This document shows positions 7,879-17,580 of a stretch of 64,000 bases of DNA, piece by piece. Positions within the stretch are counted from its first letter, which is position 1, and each line of letters opens with the position of its first letter. The translations under genes and the position numbers were made by a program. The notes under the pieces were generated by a model, which was not told where the DNA came from, did not search any database, and saw only the letters and a list, made by a program, of their open reading frames with translations. The stretch is from a virus. The stretch spans positions 32,001 to 96,000 of the IMG/VR virus record IMGVR_UViG_3300032093_000012, one strand, 5' to 3'.

Positions 7879-9017
7879 GATACCACCTTCAAAAGGATCG
7901 TGTGTTCATTAATACGAGCAGCCAGAGGTGCATCTCCCTTAGCTTCATCCATAATCTTTCTTAGAACAAGCTTACCACCATTGAGAACTTTGTCAACAAA
8001 ATATTCTGGTTTACGACCACACCGCTTAGTCATCGTGGTAGACTCATCGTAACCAATGATAGTGGTACGCTTAACATCAAGACCAGCATGTCCACGTGCG
8101 CGGAACACTGTAAGCAACTTATACTTCGTATTGAAAGTCCAAAGTTCCTGAGCGCCAATCACTTTATCCGGAGAGATAGAAGCAATCTTGTACTCATTGC
8201 TTTCTTTCATGTAGATAAAGTTCTTAAGCTTCTTCTCAGCAGAGACAGCTCGCGGTTTGCGAGGCGCTCGCAGCTTCTTGGTGACATCGCCATAACGCTC
8301 AGCATCTTCGATCAACGAATTGATGAACAGCACGCGTGCTTCAAGTTGTTTCTTGGTGAGATGCTTGTATGCTTCTTTAAGCTGGTCGCACTTACCCTCA
8401 TGAGCTTCGCATAGCTCTTCGAGCCAAGGACGATAATGTTCAACAATCTTGGAAGCATACATAGCTGGTATCTGGTTTTTCTGGAGATGTTCATAGAGAG
8501 AAAACTCAGTACCAGAGTCAATGATCTCTTCAATGTCGCCGATGATATCGTTTGTACGTTCTTTCATACGATCTTGAATAGAGACTTTTTCAACAGCGAC
8601 TTCAGGTTTATCAGTCTCAACAATACGCGAAAGAGATTCCTTGAGCTTAGACTCAAAGAAAGACATGCTGCTATCTGACAACTTACAACCACGAGACATG
8701 AGTCGCGAGAGAGATCCTATAGTAGACGGAAAAGTTTGATCAGAGACTTTCATGATCTGCTTGGCTTCGATATCACGCTTGACTGACTTAAGATAATCAC
8801 GCGTGTACTCTTTACATTCGCTGACACTGGTCATAGCATTATACCAGTTAAGCGCTTTACCAAGCTGGCTGTCGGTCAGCAACCCCTTGAATTCAGGCTC
8901 TTCGCCCATGTACTTGAGATTAACCAAGTATGCCTCAGATCGTGTGACCCTGGGCTTCTTGATCTTAGTACGCGATGTGAGTGCCGGTCTACGTGATGCT
9001 TTAGCCATGATTATCAC
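7875..9017 (-). CDS. Hypothetical phage protein
   Basis: 380-aa ORF with sigma70-like promoters upstream. Confidence 0.8.
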   Translation of the reverse strand: MIIMAKASRRPALTSRTKIKKPRVTRSEAYLVNLKYMGEEPEFKGLLTDSQLGKALNWYNAMTSVSECKEYTRDYLKSVKRDIEAKQIMKVSDQTFPSTIGSLSRLMSRGCKLSDSSMSFFESKLKESLSRIVETDKPEVAVEKVSIQDRMKERTNDIIGDIEEIIDSGTEFSLYEHLQKNQIPAMYASKIVEHYRPWLEELCEAHEGKCDQLKEAYKHLTKKQLEARVLFINSLIEDAERYGDVTKKLRAPRKPRAVSAEKKLKNFIYMKESNEYKIASISPDKVIGAQELWTFNTKYKLLTVFRARGHAGLDVKRTTIIGYDESTTMTKRCGRKPEYFVDKVLNGGKLVLRKIMDEAKGDAPLAARINEHTILLKVVS

Positions 9018-9030
9018 CTCTTATAAGATT

Positions 9031-9058
9031 ATTATACCAAAGCAGGAAAAAATGTCAA
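9031..9058 (-). promoter_or_regulatory. Sigma70-like early promoter
   Basis: TTGACA-16 nt-TATAAT; a second GTTTAC-17-TAGTAT lies at about 9093-9121. Confidence 0.75.
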
Positions 9059-9152
9059 CTGGTATTTTCGCTGCCTCATTGACCATATGTATATACTACC
9101 ATAGAGACCGGCAAAGTAAACCGATTTTTTTTCGAAAAAAGTGATTTTGGCT

Positions 9153-9181
9153 GTTTACAAATGATGAGGACTTGGTATTAT
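9153..9181 (+). promoter_or_regulatory. T4-early-like promoter
   Basis: GTTTAC-17 nt-TATTAT with A/T-tract UP region. Confidence 0.7.
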
Positions 9182-9232
9182 CAAAAAGTAAGCTGAATAC
9201 AGACACTAACCAATCACACAGGAGTATATAGC

Positions 9233-10192
9233 ATGGCACACATGATTGAGATGCTCAATGGCAAGGCTCAGATGGCCTACGCTGGTGAGACCCCTTGGCA
9301 CGGCCTTGGTACTAAGGTTCCTGCCGACCTGACCCCTGCCCAGATGCTAGAGGCAGCCGGTCTTGACTGGACCGTTACGAAGGTTCCGGCCTTCGCTGAG
9401 GTTGCTGGCAAGAAAGTTCCGGTTGGCCGCTCTGCGCTGGTCCGTAGCGTTGACGACAAGATCATCGACGTCGTCTCTGATGACTGGAACGAGGTCCAGA
9501 ACCAAGAAGCTTTCGACTTCTTCAATGACTTCGTCCTCTCTGGTGACATGGAGATGCATACGGCTGGCTCTCTTCGCGATGGCCAGATCGTGTGGGGTTT
9601 GGCCAAAGTCAAGGAATCTTTCGAGCTCTTCAAGGGTGACGTTGTTGAGTCCTACCTCTTGTTCTCGAATTTCCATAAGTATGGCTTCTCCACCGACGTG
9701 CGCTTCACTCCAATTCGTGTGGTGTGCAACAACACTCTGACCCTTTCGCTTAACTCTGCAGTCGAGCGGATGGCAAAGATCTCGCATCGCACCAAGTTCG
9801 ATCCGGACAATGTGAAGCTGATGCTTGGCATTGCTGCTGACAAGCTTGCACAGTACAAAGAAATGGCTGGCTTCCTTGGCTCCAAGAAGTTCAACGACGA
9901 GACCATCGTCGACTACTTCAAGCGTATCTTCCCTGTGACTGGTGCTACTGAGAACACCAAGAAAGAGATGTCAAAGAATGCTGGCATCGCTCTTGAATTG
10001 CTCGACCAGCAGCCCGGTGCAGAGTATGCTCAGGGTACTTGGTGGCAGGCTTTCAATACGGTTACCTTCATGACTGATCATGTCATGGGTCGTAATCAGG
10101 ATACGCGCCTTGCCTCTTCTTGGTTCGGCACTAACCGCAACCTCAAGACTCAGGCTCTCGAGACTGCAATCGAAATGGCAGAAGTAGCCTAA
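9233..10192 (+). CDS. DUF932/DUF945-family phage/plasmid-like protein
   Basis: PWHGLG, AGLDW.V, HTAGSL..G..VW, TPIRVVCNNTL, GTWW.AFN.VT...DH. Confidence 0.88.
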   Translation: MAHMIEMLNGKAQMAYAGETPWHGLGTKVPADLTPAQMLEAAGLDWTVTKVPAFAEVAGKKVPVGRSALVRSVDDKIIDVVSDDWNEVQNQEAFDFFNDFVLSGDMEMHTAGSLRDGQIVWGLAKVKESFELFKGDVVESYLLFSNFHKYGFSTDVRFTPIRVVCNNTLTLSLNSAVERMAKISHRTKFDPDNVKLMLGIAADKLAQYKEMAGFLGSKKFNDETIVDYFKRIFPVTGATENTKKEMSKNAGIALELLDQQPGAEYAQGTWWQAFNTVTFMTDHVMGRNQDTRLASSWFGTNRNLKTQALETAIEMAEVA

Positions 10193-10197
10193 AATTA

Positions 10198-10236
10198 TAG
10201 AGGACGGTGGCCCCAATACCAACTACCGTCCTCTCT
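10198..10236 (+). terminator. Stem-loop after DUF932 gene
   Basis: AGAGGACGGT...ACCGTCCTCT inverted repeat. Confidence 0.5.
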
Positions 10237-10288
10237 ATAAATTCTATATCTGGTAGAAGCTAAAGTAGAAACCTCTAGGAGATATATA

Positions 10289-10396
10289 ATGAAGAGCGAA
10301 CTCGAAATCCTCGTTGAAGAAGACATGATCATGGCTGGATATGATCCTACCATATGGGCTGACGTTTTGGAATATTGGAGGGAATACCTTGATTGA
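10289..10396 (+). CDS. Small acidic hypothetical protein (35 aa)
   Basis: AGGAG SD; MKSELEILVEEDMIMAGYDPTIWADVLEYWREYLD*. Confidence 0.6.
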   Translation: MKSELEILVEEDMIMAGYDPTIWADVLEYWREYLD

Positions 10397-10649
10397 AATT
10401 TATAGCAAAGATAACTGCGTTTACTGTGTATCAGCTGCTAGTCTTTTGACTACTAGAAATAAACAGTTTACAGAATATAAACTTGGTGTAGATTATACCA
10501 GAGAACAAATACTGGAAAAGTTTCCTAATGCTAGGTCTTTTCCGGTAGTTGTTATCGATGGATATCACATCGGTGGATATATTGAGTTGAGTAAAATCTT
10601 GACTGAAGAATCACAAGATCCGCGCAGGCTATTGAACGAGGAAAAATAA
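10389..10649 (+). CDS. nrdC: Glutaredoxin
   Basis: IYSK.NCVYC active site, SFP.V, IGGY.EL; TTG start with GGAGG SD. Confidence 0.9.
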   Translation: MIEIYSKDNCVYCVSAASLLTTRNKQFTEYKLGVDYTREQILEKFPNARSFPVVVIDGYHIGGYIELSKILTEESQDPRRLLNEEK

Positions 10650-10924
10650 TGATTACAGATCGTGAAGAAATGGTGAAGCTCCTCAAGCGAGGAGCTGTTG
10701 ATATTACATTTACAAAGGTTGATGGTTCACTTCGTACATTGCGTGCTACCCTTAATCCTAATCATATGCCACCGCAGATGAAGAACGAAGATCTCGAAGC
10801 TGCTGAGACACATCGAAAGGAAAATCCTGATGTTCTTCCAGTTTGGTCGATCAATGATCTCGGATGGAGATCATTTCGTCTTGATAATATCCTAAGTGCA
10901 CAGTACATCGAGGGATATGAATAA
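10649..10924 (+). CDS. WYL/Sm-like SH3-barrel hypothetical protein
   Basis: ITFTKVDGS.R...ATL, V.......GWRSFR.D. Confidence 0.65.
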   Translation: MITDREEMVKLLKRGAVDITFTKVDGSLRTLRATLNPNHMPPQMKNEDLEAAETHRKENPDVLPVWSINDLGWRSFRLDNILSAQYIEGYE

Positions 10925-10930
10925 ATAACA

Positions 10931-10961
10931 AGGCTCTTCGAAAGAAGAGCTTTCTTTTTTC
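10931..10961 (+). terminator. Intrinsic terminator
   Basis: GCTCTTC-GAAA-GAAGAGC followed by T-tract. Confidence 0.75.
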
Positions 10962-10983
10962 TAATTATAGGAGTTCAAATGAC

Positions 10984-11349
10984 ATGGCATATTGGGGTTA
11001 TCATCTCGTATTAGACTGCGCCGATCTTGATGCACACGCTATCAATGATTACGATACAATTTATAGATTTACAAAGCAATTGGTTAATGATATAGATATG
11101 GTTGCTTATGGTGAGCCACAGATCGTTAGCTTCGGTAGTGGAAACAAAGCCGGTTACACTCTTGTACAGTTGATTGAGACTTCAAACATCTGTGCTCATT
11201 TTGTTCCTGATGATCTCGATGGTGGCAACGCAATGTACCTCGATGTATTTTCTTGTAAGCCATACGATAATCAGATCGTTATTGATCTCGTAAAGCAATA
11301 CTTCAAAGCAAAGTCAATTAGACCCTCTTTCTTGACACGCCAAGCTTAA
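10984..11349 (+). CDS. speD: S-adenosylmethionine decarboxylase proenzyme
   Basis: WGYHL.LDC, GYT..QLIETSNICAHF (self-cleavage Ser), YLDVFSCK. Confidence 0.85.
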   Translation: MAYWGYHLVLDCADLDAHAINDYDTIYRFTKQLVNDIDMVAYGEPQIVSFGSGNKAGYTLVQLIETSNICAHFVPDDLDGGNAMYLDVFSCKPYDNQIVIDLVKQYFKAKSIRPSFLTRQA

Positions 11350-11367
11350 TTAAAGGATGACTATATT

Positions 11368-12333
11368 ATGGAAGTGAATGAACTATCTGTTAATGCCAAG
11401 GGTGGCACTGAACTCATGATGGAAAGACTTTATCAGAGTCTTGATAAAGATCTACTAGAACAGTGTCAGATCATCCCGTCTCGTGTAAGAGATTTAGATG
11501 AGACAAAGGTTAGGATTCTTTGGCAGCATGATCTTCCTGGTGATCCTGAATCAGAGCATTTAAAGAACGGCGGACACGATCGTTTTCATAAGATTGTGTT
11601 CGTCTCTAACTGGCAGATGCAACAATATATTAATCATTATAATATTCCTTGGTCAAAGTGTGTGGTCATGCAAAATGCTATCATGCCAATTGAACCACAT
11701 GAAAAGCCTAAAGATAAGATTAAATTGATCTATACACCTACACCACATCGTGGGTTGCAGATCCTTGTGCCTGTATTTGAAAAGCTATGTGAAGAGTTTG
11801 ATAACATCGAGCTTGATGTATATTCTTCTTTTAAACTGTATGGTTGGGAACAGAGAGATGAACCTTTCAAAGAGTTGTTTGATCGTTGTAAGTCACATCC
11901 TAAGATTAACTATCATGGCACAGTTAGCAATGAAGAACTGAGAGAAGCTCTCAAGTCTGCACATATCTTTGCTTATCCTTCTATCTGGCCAGAGACGTCA
12001 TGTCTTTGTTTGCTAGAAGCTATGAGCGCTGGTTTGATATGTGTTCATCCTAATTTTGCTGCTCTTTCAGAGACTGCTTCAAACTGGTCATACATGTACC
12101 AGTGGAATGAAAATCCATCAGCACATGCTGGAACATTTCATATGATCCTTTCTGATGCTATCAAGAGCATTGATGACAACAATGTACAGAATAAGCTTGA
12201 TTTTCAGAAGTCTTATATAAACGGTTTCTATAATTGGGAAGGACGTAAACACCAATGGGCAGCACTTATTAGAAGCCTATTGGATGAACCAAGAGAGTTT
12301 CCTAAGCCTACATGGGTATATAGAACTACTTGA
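11368..12333 (+). CDS. Glycosyltransferase, GT-B fold (GT4-like)
   Basis: GGTE, W.HD, YPS.W.ETSC...LEAM.AG. Confidence 0.88.
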   Translation: MEVNELSVNAKGGTELMMERLYQSLDKDLLEQCQIIPSRVRDLDETKVRILWQHDLPGDPESEHLKNGGHDRFHKIVFVSNWQMQQYINHYNIPWSKCVVMQNAIMPIEPHEKPKDKIKLIYTPTPHRGLQILVPVFEKLCEEFDNIELDVYSSFKLYGWEQRDEPFKELFDRCKSHPKINYHGTVSNEELREALKSAHIFAYPSIWPETSCLCLLEAMSAGLICVHPNFAALSETASNWSYMYQWNENPSAHAGTFHMILSDAIKSIDDNNVQNKLDFQKSYINGFYNWEGRKHQWAALIRSLLDEPREFPKPTWVYRTT

Positions 12334-12335
12334 AA

Positions 12336-12343
12336 TATAAATA
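12336..12343 (+). promoter_or_regulatory. T4-type late promoter
   Basis: Exact intergenic TATAAATA. Confidence 0.7.
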
Positions 12344-12372
12344 TCCAATGATATCCTTTTCAAGGAAAACAT

Positions 12373-12780
12373 ATGGCAAATGTAATAGAGTTAAAGAATA
12401 GTGATAATATTATACAATTTCCCGGCAGTACTAGGGAAGTACCAAAAAATCAAGAAGAAGTTACACAAAGAGTAGATAATATTAAACACCTTCATATACA
12501 AGAAGTATTATCTACGATGGTGCCTATAATCTTCAATCAAATGGCTACAGCTGGTTTCGATTTTATTGATGATGAAGAAACAGGTGAAGTTAATAATGTA
12601 AAGGATGGCGCTTTCTTGGTTGAAGCTTTAAGATCTATTATGCTTAAGCACTACGGTATAGATCACCCAATGCAAACACTTGCCGAGAATTTATTTAATG
12701 AAGATAGAGATAGCGGTGTACTTATTCTTAGACATGATGTAATATCATCTATGTTTGAAATTCAACAGGAGAAGAGCTAA
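12373..12780 (+). CDS. Hypothetical protein
   Basis: 135-aa ORF, NIIQFP N-terminus, SD present. Confidence 0.75.
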   Translation: MANVIELKNSDNIIQFPGSTREVPKNQEEVTQRVDNIKHLHIQEVLSTMVPIIFNQMATAGFDFIDDEETGEVNNVKDGAFLVEALRSIMLKHYGIDHPMQTLAENLFNEDRDSGVLILRHDVISSMFEIQQEKS

Positions 12781-12794
12781 GCTCTATATACATC

Positions 12795-13661
12795 ATGATC
12801 ATCATTGATCTTAACCAAGTAATGATCTCAAACCTAATGATGCAGCTTGGCAACCACACGAACGCTCAGCTAGAAGAGAATATGGTTCGCCATATGGTTC
12901 TCAATGCTATTAGGTCTTTCAACCAAAGGTTCTCACGTGAATACGGTGAAATCATCATCGCATGTGATAACACAAATAACTGGCGTAAAGTAGAGTTTCC
13001 TTACTATAAAGCTAATCGCAAAAAGAATCAAGAAAAATCAGAACTCGATTGGAAAGGCATCTTTGATTGTCTTGGCAAGATTCGTCAAGAACTTAAAGAT
13101 TATTTTCCTTATCGTGTGATTGATGTTGTCTCTGCTGAGGCAGATGATATCATCGCTACTCTTGTACATACATATGGTAAAGTAGTTTCATCGGAGAATG
13201 ATGAGAAGATCTTAATCTTGTCTGGTGATAAAGATTTCATCCAGCTTCATGTGTATTCCAACGTTCGTCAGTACGATCCAGTTCGTAAGAAGTTTATAGA
13301 GCACAATGACCCTGAACGTTATCTTCAAGAACATGTTCTTAAAGGCGACTCTGGTGATGGTGTTCCTAATATTTTGTCTAACGATGATTGCTTTGTTGTC
13401 GGTACACGTCAAAAACCAATGACTGCTAAAAAGATCGAAGGAATCTTAGAGTTCGGATTAGATGGTAAGTTTGATCATCCGCTATATCGTAATTATATCC
13501 GTAACAAGCGTTTGATTGATCTTAAACATACACCAGAAAATTTGCAAGAAATAATCATGCAACAGTATGAACAACAAGATAAGCGTGATCGTAGTAAGAT
13601 GCTTAATTACTTTATAACAAATAGATTGAAAACTCTTATGGAAAGTATTGGAGAATTTTAA
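12795..13661 (+). CDS. rnh: T4 RNase H / 5'-3' exonuclease
   Basis: IIDLNQ, WRK..FPYYKANRK, EADDII, SGDKDF.QL, GD.GDGVPN. Confidence 0.95.
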   Translation: MIIIDLNQVMISNLMMQLGNHTNAQLEENMVRHMVLNAIRSFNQRFSREYGEIIIACDNTNNWRKVEFPYYKANRKKNQEKSELDWKGIFDCLGKIRQELKDYFPYRVIDVVSAEADDIIATLVHTYGKVVSSENDEKILILSGDKDFIQLHVYSNVRQYDPVRKKFIEHNDPERYLQEHVLKGDSGDGVPNILSNDDCFVVGTRQKPMTAKKIEGILEFGLDGKFDHPLYRNYIRNKRLIDLKHTPENLQEIIMQQYEQQDKRDRSKMLNYFITNRLKTLMESIGEF

Positions 13662-14089
13662 TGAGACTGAGTATTTCAGAGATCTTAGACAGGGTTTCTA
13701 AAGCAAAAACTAAATCAGAAAAGTTGGAAACATTTAGACAATATGATAATCCTACTCTAAGATCAATTCTTAAACATACTCTAGATAAGAATATCGTATT
13801 TGATTTGCCAGAAGGTGCGCCGCCCTATAGACCTAGCGATCATATCGAAAGTCAGGGAATGTTATATTCTGAGGCAAGAAAGATTTACTTATTTGTTAAG
13901 GGTGGTCATCCAGGCCTTTCAAATCTCAAGCGTGAATCTCTTTTTATAACTATGCTTGAGTCAGTCGACCCCAAAGATGCTGAGCTTCTCATAGCAATGA
14001 AAGATAAGAAGCTTCCATATAAGGGGATTACCGCAGCTTTAGTAACAGAGGCATATCCAGGACTAATCGATGAGCAAGTCAACGTTTAA
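13661..14089 (+). CDS. Conserved T4-like hypothetical protein
   Basis: LPEG.PPY, KRE..FI..LE pattern. Confidence 0.75.
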   Translation: MRLSISEILDRVSKAKTKSEKLETFRQYDNPTLRSILKHTLDKNIVFDLPEGAPPYRPSDHIESQGMLYSEARKIYLFVKGGHPGLSNLKRESLFITMLESVDPKDAELLIAMKDKKLPYKGITAALVTEAYPGLIDEQVNV

Positions 14090-14273
14090 GAAGTTCAAGA
14101 AGAACGATTATTCTTATGAAGATGAAGATGATGAATATTACGATAACCCTCGTAATAGAGTAAATAAAAAAGAAACTAAGAGACTCGAGAGAGCTCTTAA
14201 AACAAAAGATATTAATGCTCTAATTGAAGAAGAAGATTTTGAAGATGAAGAGCATTATTATGAGAGGAAGTAA
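14070..14273 (+). CDS. Small charged hypothetical protein
   Basis: Translationally coupled ORF. Confidence 0.65.
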   Translation: MSKSTFKKFKKNDYSYEDEDDEYYDNPRNRVNKKETKRLERALKTKDINALIEEEDFEDEEHYYERK

Positions 14274-14521
14274 TGCCGACATATAAGTTCCGTAACAATG
14301 ACACCGGTGAAGAGTATGAAGATTTCATGAGCATCTCTGCTCTTGATGTTTATTTGGAGGAGAATAAAAATGTAACTCAACTCGTAAACGGAGCTCCTGC
14401 AATTGGAGATAGTATTAGACTTGGTCTTAAGAAACCAGATAGTTCATTCAGAGATATTTTGAAAAATGTGAAGAAAGAACATTCGAAAGGATTGACTAGG
14501 TCTACTGTTAATACATTCTAA
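14273..14521 (+). CDS. FmdB-like small protein (Cys-less)
   Basis: MPTY.F....TGE.YE..MS; precedes phoH. Confidence 0.6.
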   Translation: MPTYKFRNNDTGEEYEDFMSISALDVYLEENKNVTQLVNGAPAIGDSIRLGLKKPDSSFRDILKNVKKEHSKGLTRSTVNTF

Positions 14522-14541
14522 TCATAACAATAAGAGAAACA

Positions 14542-15294
14542 ATGACTCAACAACAAACAAGACTCAACAAGAAACAGAGAAGAGCATTAAGAGAACAAGG
14601 AGTAAGAGTAAACAACGAAGCAAACTTTAGAGTTAATTTTAATCTCAGAGAGATAAAACCTCTAACAGCTAACCAACAAAAAACATTTGAAGCATTCTCA
14701 TCAAAAAAGAATCTCATGCTTCATGGAATTGCTGGTACAGGAAAGAGCTTCATCTCATTATATCTGTCTCTTAAAGAATTGTTTGATGGTAATTGTGGAT
14801 ATAAAAAAGTCTATATTATTAGAAGTGTAGTACCAACACGCGACATGGGTTTCCTTCCTGGTAATCAAAAAGAAAAAGCAAAAGTGTACGAAGCACCGTA
14901 TTATGCAATTTGTTCAGAATTGTTTAATAGGGGTGATGCTTATGATGTACTTAAGACAAAAGATTATGTAGAATTCATTAGTACATCATTTGTACGTGGC
15001 ATCACACTCAATGATTGTATTGTTATTGTTGATGAAGTGGCTAACATGACTCTTCATGAGTTAGACTCTATCATCACACGTATTGGTAGAAACTGCAGGA
15101 TCATCTTCTGTGGAGACTTCAGACAGTCAGACTTTACTTTTGATAAAGATAAGAAGGGTCTTATTGATTTCATGAAGATCTTACAGAACATGAAAGCTTT
15201 TAGTTTCATTGATTTTGATATAGATGACATCGTTAGGTCATCACTAGTGAAAGAATATATTGTTGTTAAAGACAGACTTCAAATCGCGGCTTAG
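14542..15294 (+). CDS. phoH: PhoH-family ATPase
   Basis: G.AGTGKS, GFLPG, RG.T, DE..N, GD..QSD, DIVRS.LV. Confidence 0.95.
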   Translation: MTQQQTRLNKKQRRALREQGVRVNNEANFRVNFNLREIKPLTANQQKTFEAFSSKKNLMLHGIAGTGKSFISLYLSLKELFDGNCGYKKVYIIRSVVPTRDMGFLPGNQKEKAKVYEAPYYAICSELFNRGDAYDVLKTKDYVEFISTSFVRGITLNDCIVIVDEVANMTLHELDSIITRIGRNCRIIFCGDFRQSDFTFDKDKKGLIDFMKILQNMKAFSFIDFDIDDIVRSSLVKEYIVVKDRLQIAA

Positions 15295-15970
15295 CGCCAC
15301 AAGACCAGTTTATAATAGAGGCAAAGTCTTCGAACATTTTTTTACAGAGTTCGAAGACTTTGAAGCTCGTATCATCGACGGTAAAAGATATTACTTCGCA
15401 CCAGATGGTGGTCAATACCCATCTGTTACTACGGTATTAGGTCAGCATAAAGATAAGACTCATCTGCAGAATTGGATCAATAACATTGGCCAAGAAAGAG
15501 CAGAACAGATTAAAGTACAGGCTGGTAACCGCGGTACTGCTATCCATTCTATATGTGAAGACTATCTACTCAATAAAGAGTATTATCCAGAAGGTGTCAT
15601 GCCTGCAAATGTCATGACTTTCTCGAGCATCAAACCAGTACTTGATAAGAGGATTGGTTTGATATATGCTATCGAAGCTCCACTCTATTCTAAGAGACTT
15701 AATACAGCAGGCAGAACAGACTGCATTGCAGAGTTCGATGGTGTTGTAAGCATCGTCGATTTTAAGACTTCGCTTAAGCCAAAGAAAGAAGAATGGATCG
15801 AAGACTACTTTCTGCAAGCCACATGTTATAGTATTATGGCAGAAGATCTTCGTAACCTCGAGATCCCTCAGATAGCTATTATCATAGCAGTTGATGGTCA
15901 GCCCGAACCCCAAGTTTTTGTCAAAGATAAATATCTTTACGTAGAGAAAGTCTTAAAAATCTTTGGCTAG
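15260..15970 (+). CDS. PD-(D/E)XK exonuclease
   Basis: YPSVTTVL, RGT.IH, E..LYS, AGR.DC, IVDFKTS, YFLQ...Y. Confidence 0.88.
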   Translation: MLLKTDFKSRLSATRPVYNRGKVFEHFFTEFEDFEARIIDGKRYYFAPDGGQYPSVTTVLGQHKDKTHLQNWINNIGQERAEQIKVQAGNRGTAIHSICEDYLLNKEYYPEGVMPANVMTFSSIKPVLDKRIGLIYAIEAPLYSKRLNTAGRTDCIAEFDGVVSIVDFKTSLKPKKEEWIEDYFLQATCYSIMAEDLRNLEIPQIAIIIAVDGQPEPQVFVKDKYLYVEKVLKIFG

Positions 15971-15981
15971 GGGAGACGATC

Positions 15982-16452
15982 ATGGATGTTACAATCTACG
16001 GTAAGCCGAGTAAGTGTCAGAGAAAGATCATAAGAAAAGCTGCACACTATTATGCATCCTGCTTGATGTCTAATCGACTATCAAGTAACGTATATGTAAC
16101 TGTTAGATTCAAAAAGAATCTATTTAAGAAAGAAGATTTTTACGGTGTATGTGACGCCCTCGACCTTAACAGGCCGAGGGATTTTGATATAGAGATAGAT
16201 GCTGATCTAACCTTTAAACAGACTCTTAGTGTACTAGCACATGAACTTGTCCATGTTAAACAATACGCAACAGGTCAACTAAGAGACTATAATACTTCTA
16301 AGAAAATTAGATGGAAGGGAGATATCCATATTAATGAATATGGATATGATCATATTGATGCATCTTATTGGAATGCTCCTTGGGAAAAAGAAGCATATCG
16401 TTTAGAAAAAACTTTAACGAGAAAGTTTATGAGATACTTTAGAGGATCATAA
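15982..16452 (+). CDS. Zincin-like metallopeptidase
   Basis: LAHELVHVKQ (HExxH), PWE.EAY. Confidence 0.75.
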   Translation: MDVTIYGKPSKCQRKIIRKAAHYYASCLMSNRLSSNVYVTVRFKKNLFKKEDFYGVCDALDLNRPRDFDIEIDADLTFKQTLSVLAHELVHVKQYATGQLRDYNTSKKIRWKGDIHINEYGYDHIDASYWNAPWEKEAYRLEKTLTRKFMRYFRGS

Positions 16453-17580
16453 ATTAAATTTATCTATGATCTTAACTAGTTCAGAATTATAATCTTTAAG
16501 ATTATTATTATTTTCTTTTTCCATTAAGCTTAAATATTTTTTAAGATATCCATTCGTTTCATATTCAATATCGCATTTAAGAGCATTGTTAATCTTAGAC
16601 ATTAGATCATATTTTTTTATCTGATACATAGCTCTAAAGTTTTTAGGCAAATTTAAAATAGACATATATTTTGGATATTGTAAAACTGTGCATGTAAAAG
16701 TTATTTCTTGTTTTTCACAAAAATCTACTACTTCTTCAAATACATTAAAGTTTAATATACTATAAACACTATGAGTTCTTAGATACATATTATCTGTTTT
16801 ATTTTCTTTTATAAATTTAACAAAAGATAATATATCAGACCACTTACTACCATATCTAACATATTCATGATAATCACCAATAGCATCTATACTCATATCA
16901 ATATGAACTGCTTTAAATTTTTTAATTAGTTGCCAAATATTATCTTTAGGTATAATACTGGCATTAGTATTAAGCCATAATTCTACATTTGATATATCTA
17001 TTTTTGAATCTAATAAATTTAGAAACCAAAAAACATTATCACTATAAAATGGTTCACCACCACCCATCTTTAATATTTTTAATTTACTGTAATCTGTATT
17101 AGCAGCAACTCTTTTAAAATTATCTACATAACTAGTTAATTCATTATTTCTTTTGAATGAAAAACCATTTTCACTTAGTTCTTTTAAATTAGTTTTTTTA
17201 TTCCATGAAGAACTTTGTACAGGACTGCATGATAAGCAACTCATATTGCATATACTATCTACACTTATATGTAGTATTTCTAATTGAATATCTGTGTCTT
17301 CTATTATTTCATTCCAAAATAATCTAAGAGAATGTGAATTTTGTTTTTCGCCTTCTACACAATGATTGCAATTATCCGGTTGTATAGATTCTCTTAAGAT
17401 TTTCCATTCATCTGTATTTAATGCTTCATTAAAACTATTAATAGTTTGTATCTTATTATTATTCCAATTTACGTCTTTTCCATTTCTAAAAGAACAACAT
17501 GGTTTAACAACGCCACCATTAAGACCTGACATATGTGTTATAGCTACTTGCTTACACTGTAACTTACAATAAGATGTCAT
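16447..17580 (-). CDS. Radical SAM protein with N-terminal Twitch/SPASM-like Cys cluster
   Basis: CNMSCLSC, GGGEP, NTN; N-terminal C..PCC..CxxC. Confidence 0.88.
   Translation of the reverse strand: MTSYCKLQCKQVAITHMSGLNGGVVKPCCSFRNGKDVNWNNNKIQTINSFNEALNTDEWKILRESIQPDNCNHCVEGEKQNSHSLRLFWNEIIEDTDIQLEILHISVDSICNMSCLSCSPVQSSSWNKKTNLKELSENGFSFKRNNELTSYVDNFKRVAANTDYSKLKILKMGGGEPFYSDNVFWFLNLLDSKIDISNVELWLNTNASIIPKDNIWQLIKKFKAVHIDMSIDAIGDYHEYVRYGSKWSDILSFVKFIKENKTDNMYLRTHSVYSILNFNVFEEVVDFCEKQEITFTCTVLQYPKYMSILNLPKNFRAMYQIKKYDLMSKINNALKCDIEYETNGYLKKYLSLMEKENNNNLKDYNSELVKIIDKFNL

Noticed and set aside
9277-10222. Several overlapping alternative-frame ORFs within the DUF932 gene
   Set aside because: By-product of higher GC and codon bias; no SDs or recognisable motifs. 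The same applies to most short antisense ORFs in the track.
15260-15970. Cas4-like nuclease as a sign of a CRISPR system
   Set aside because: No other cas genes or array; this exonuclease is an ordinary phoH neighbour in T4-like phages.
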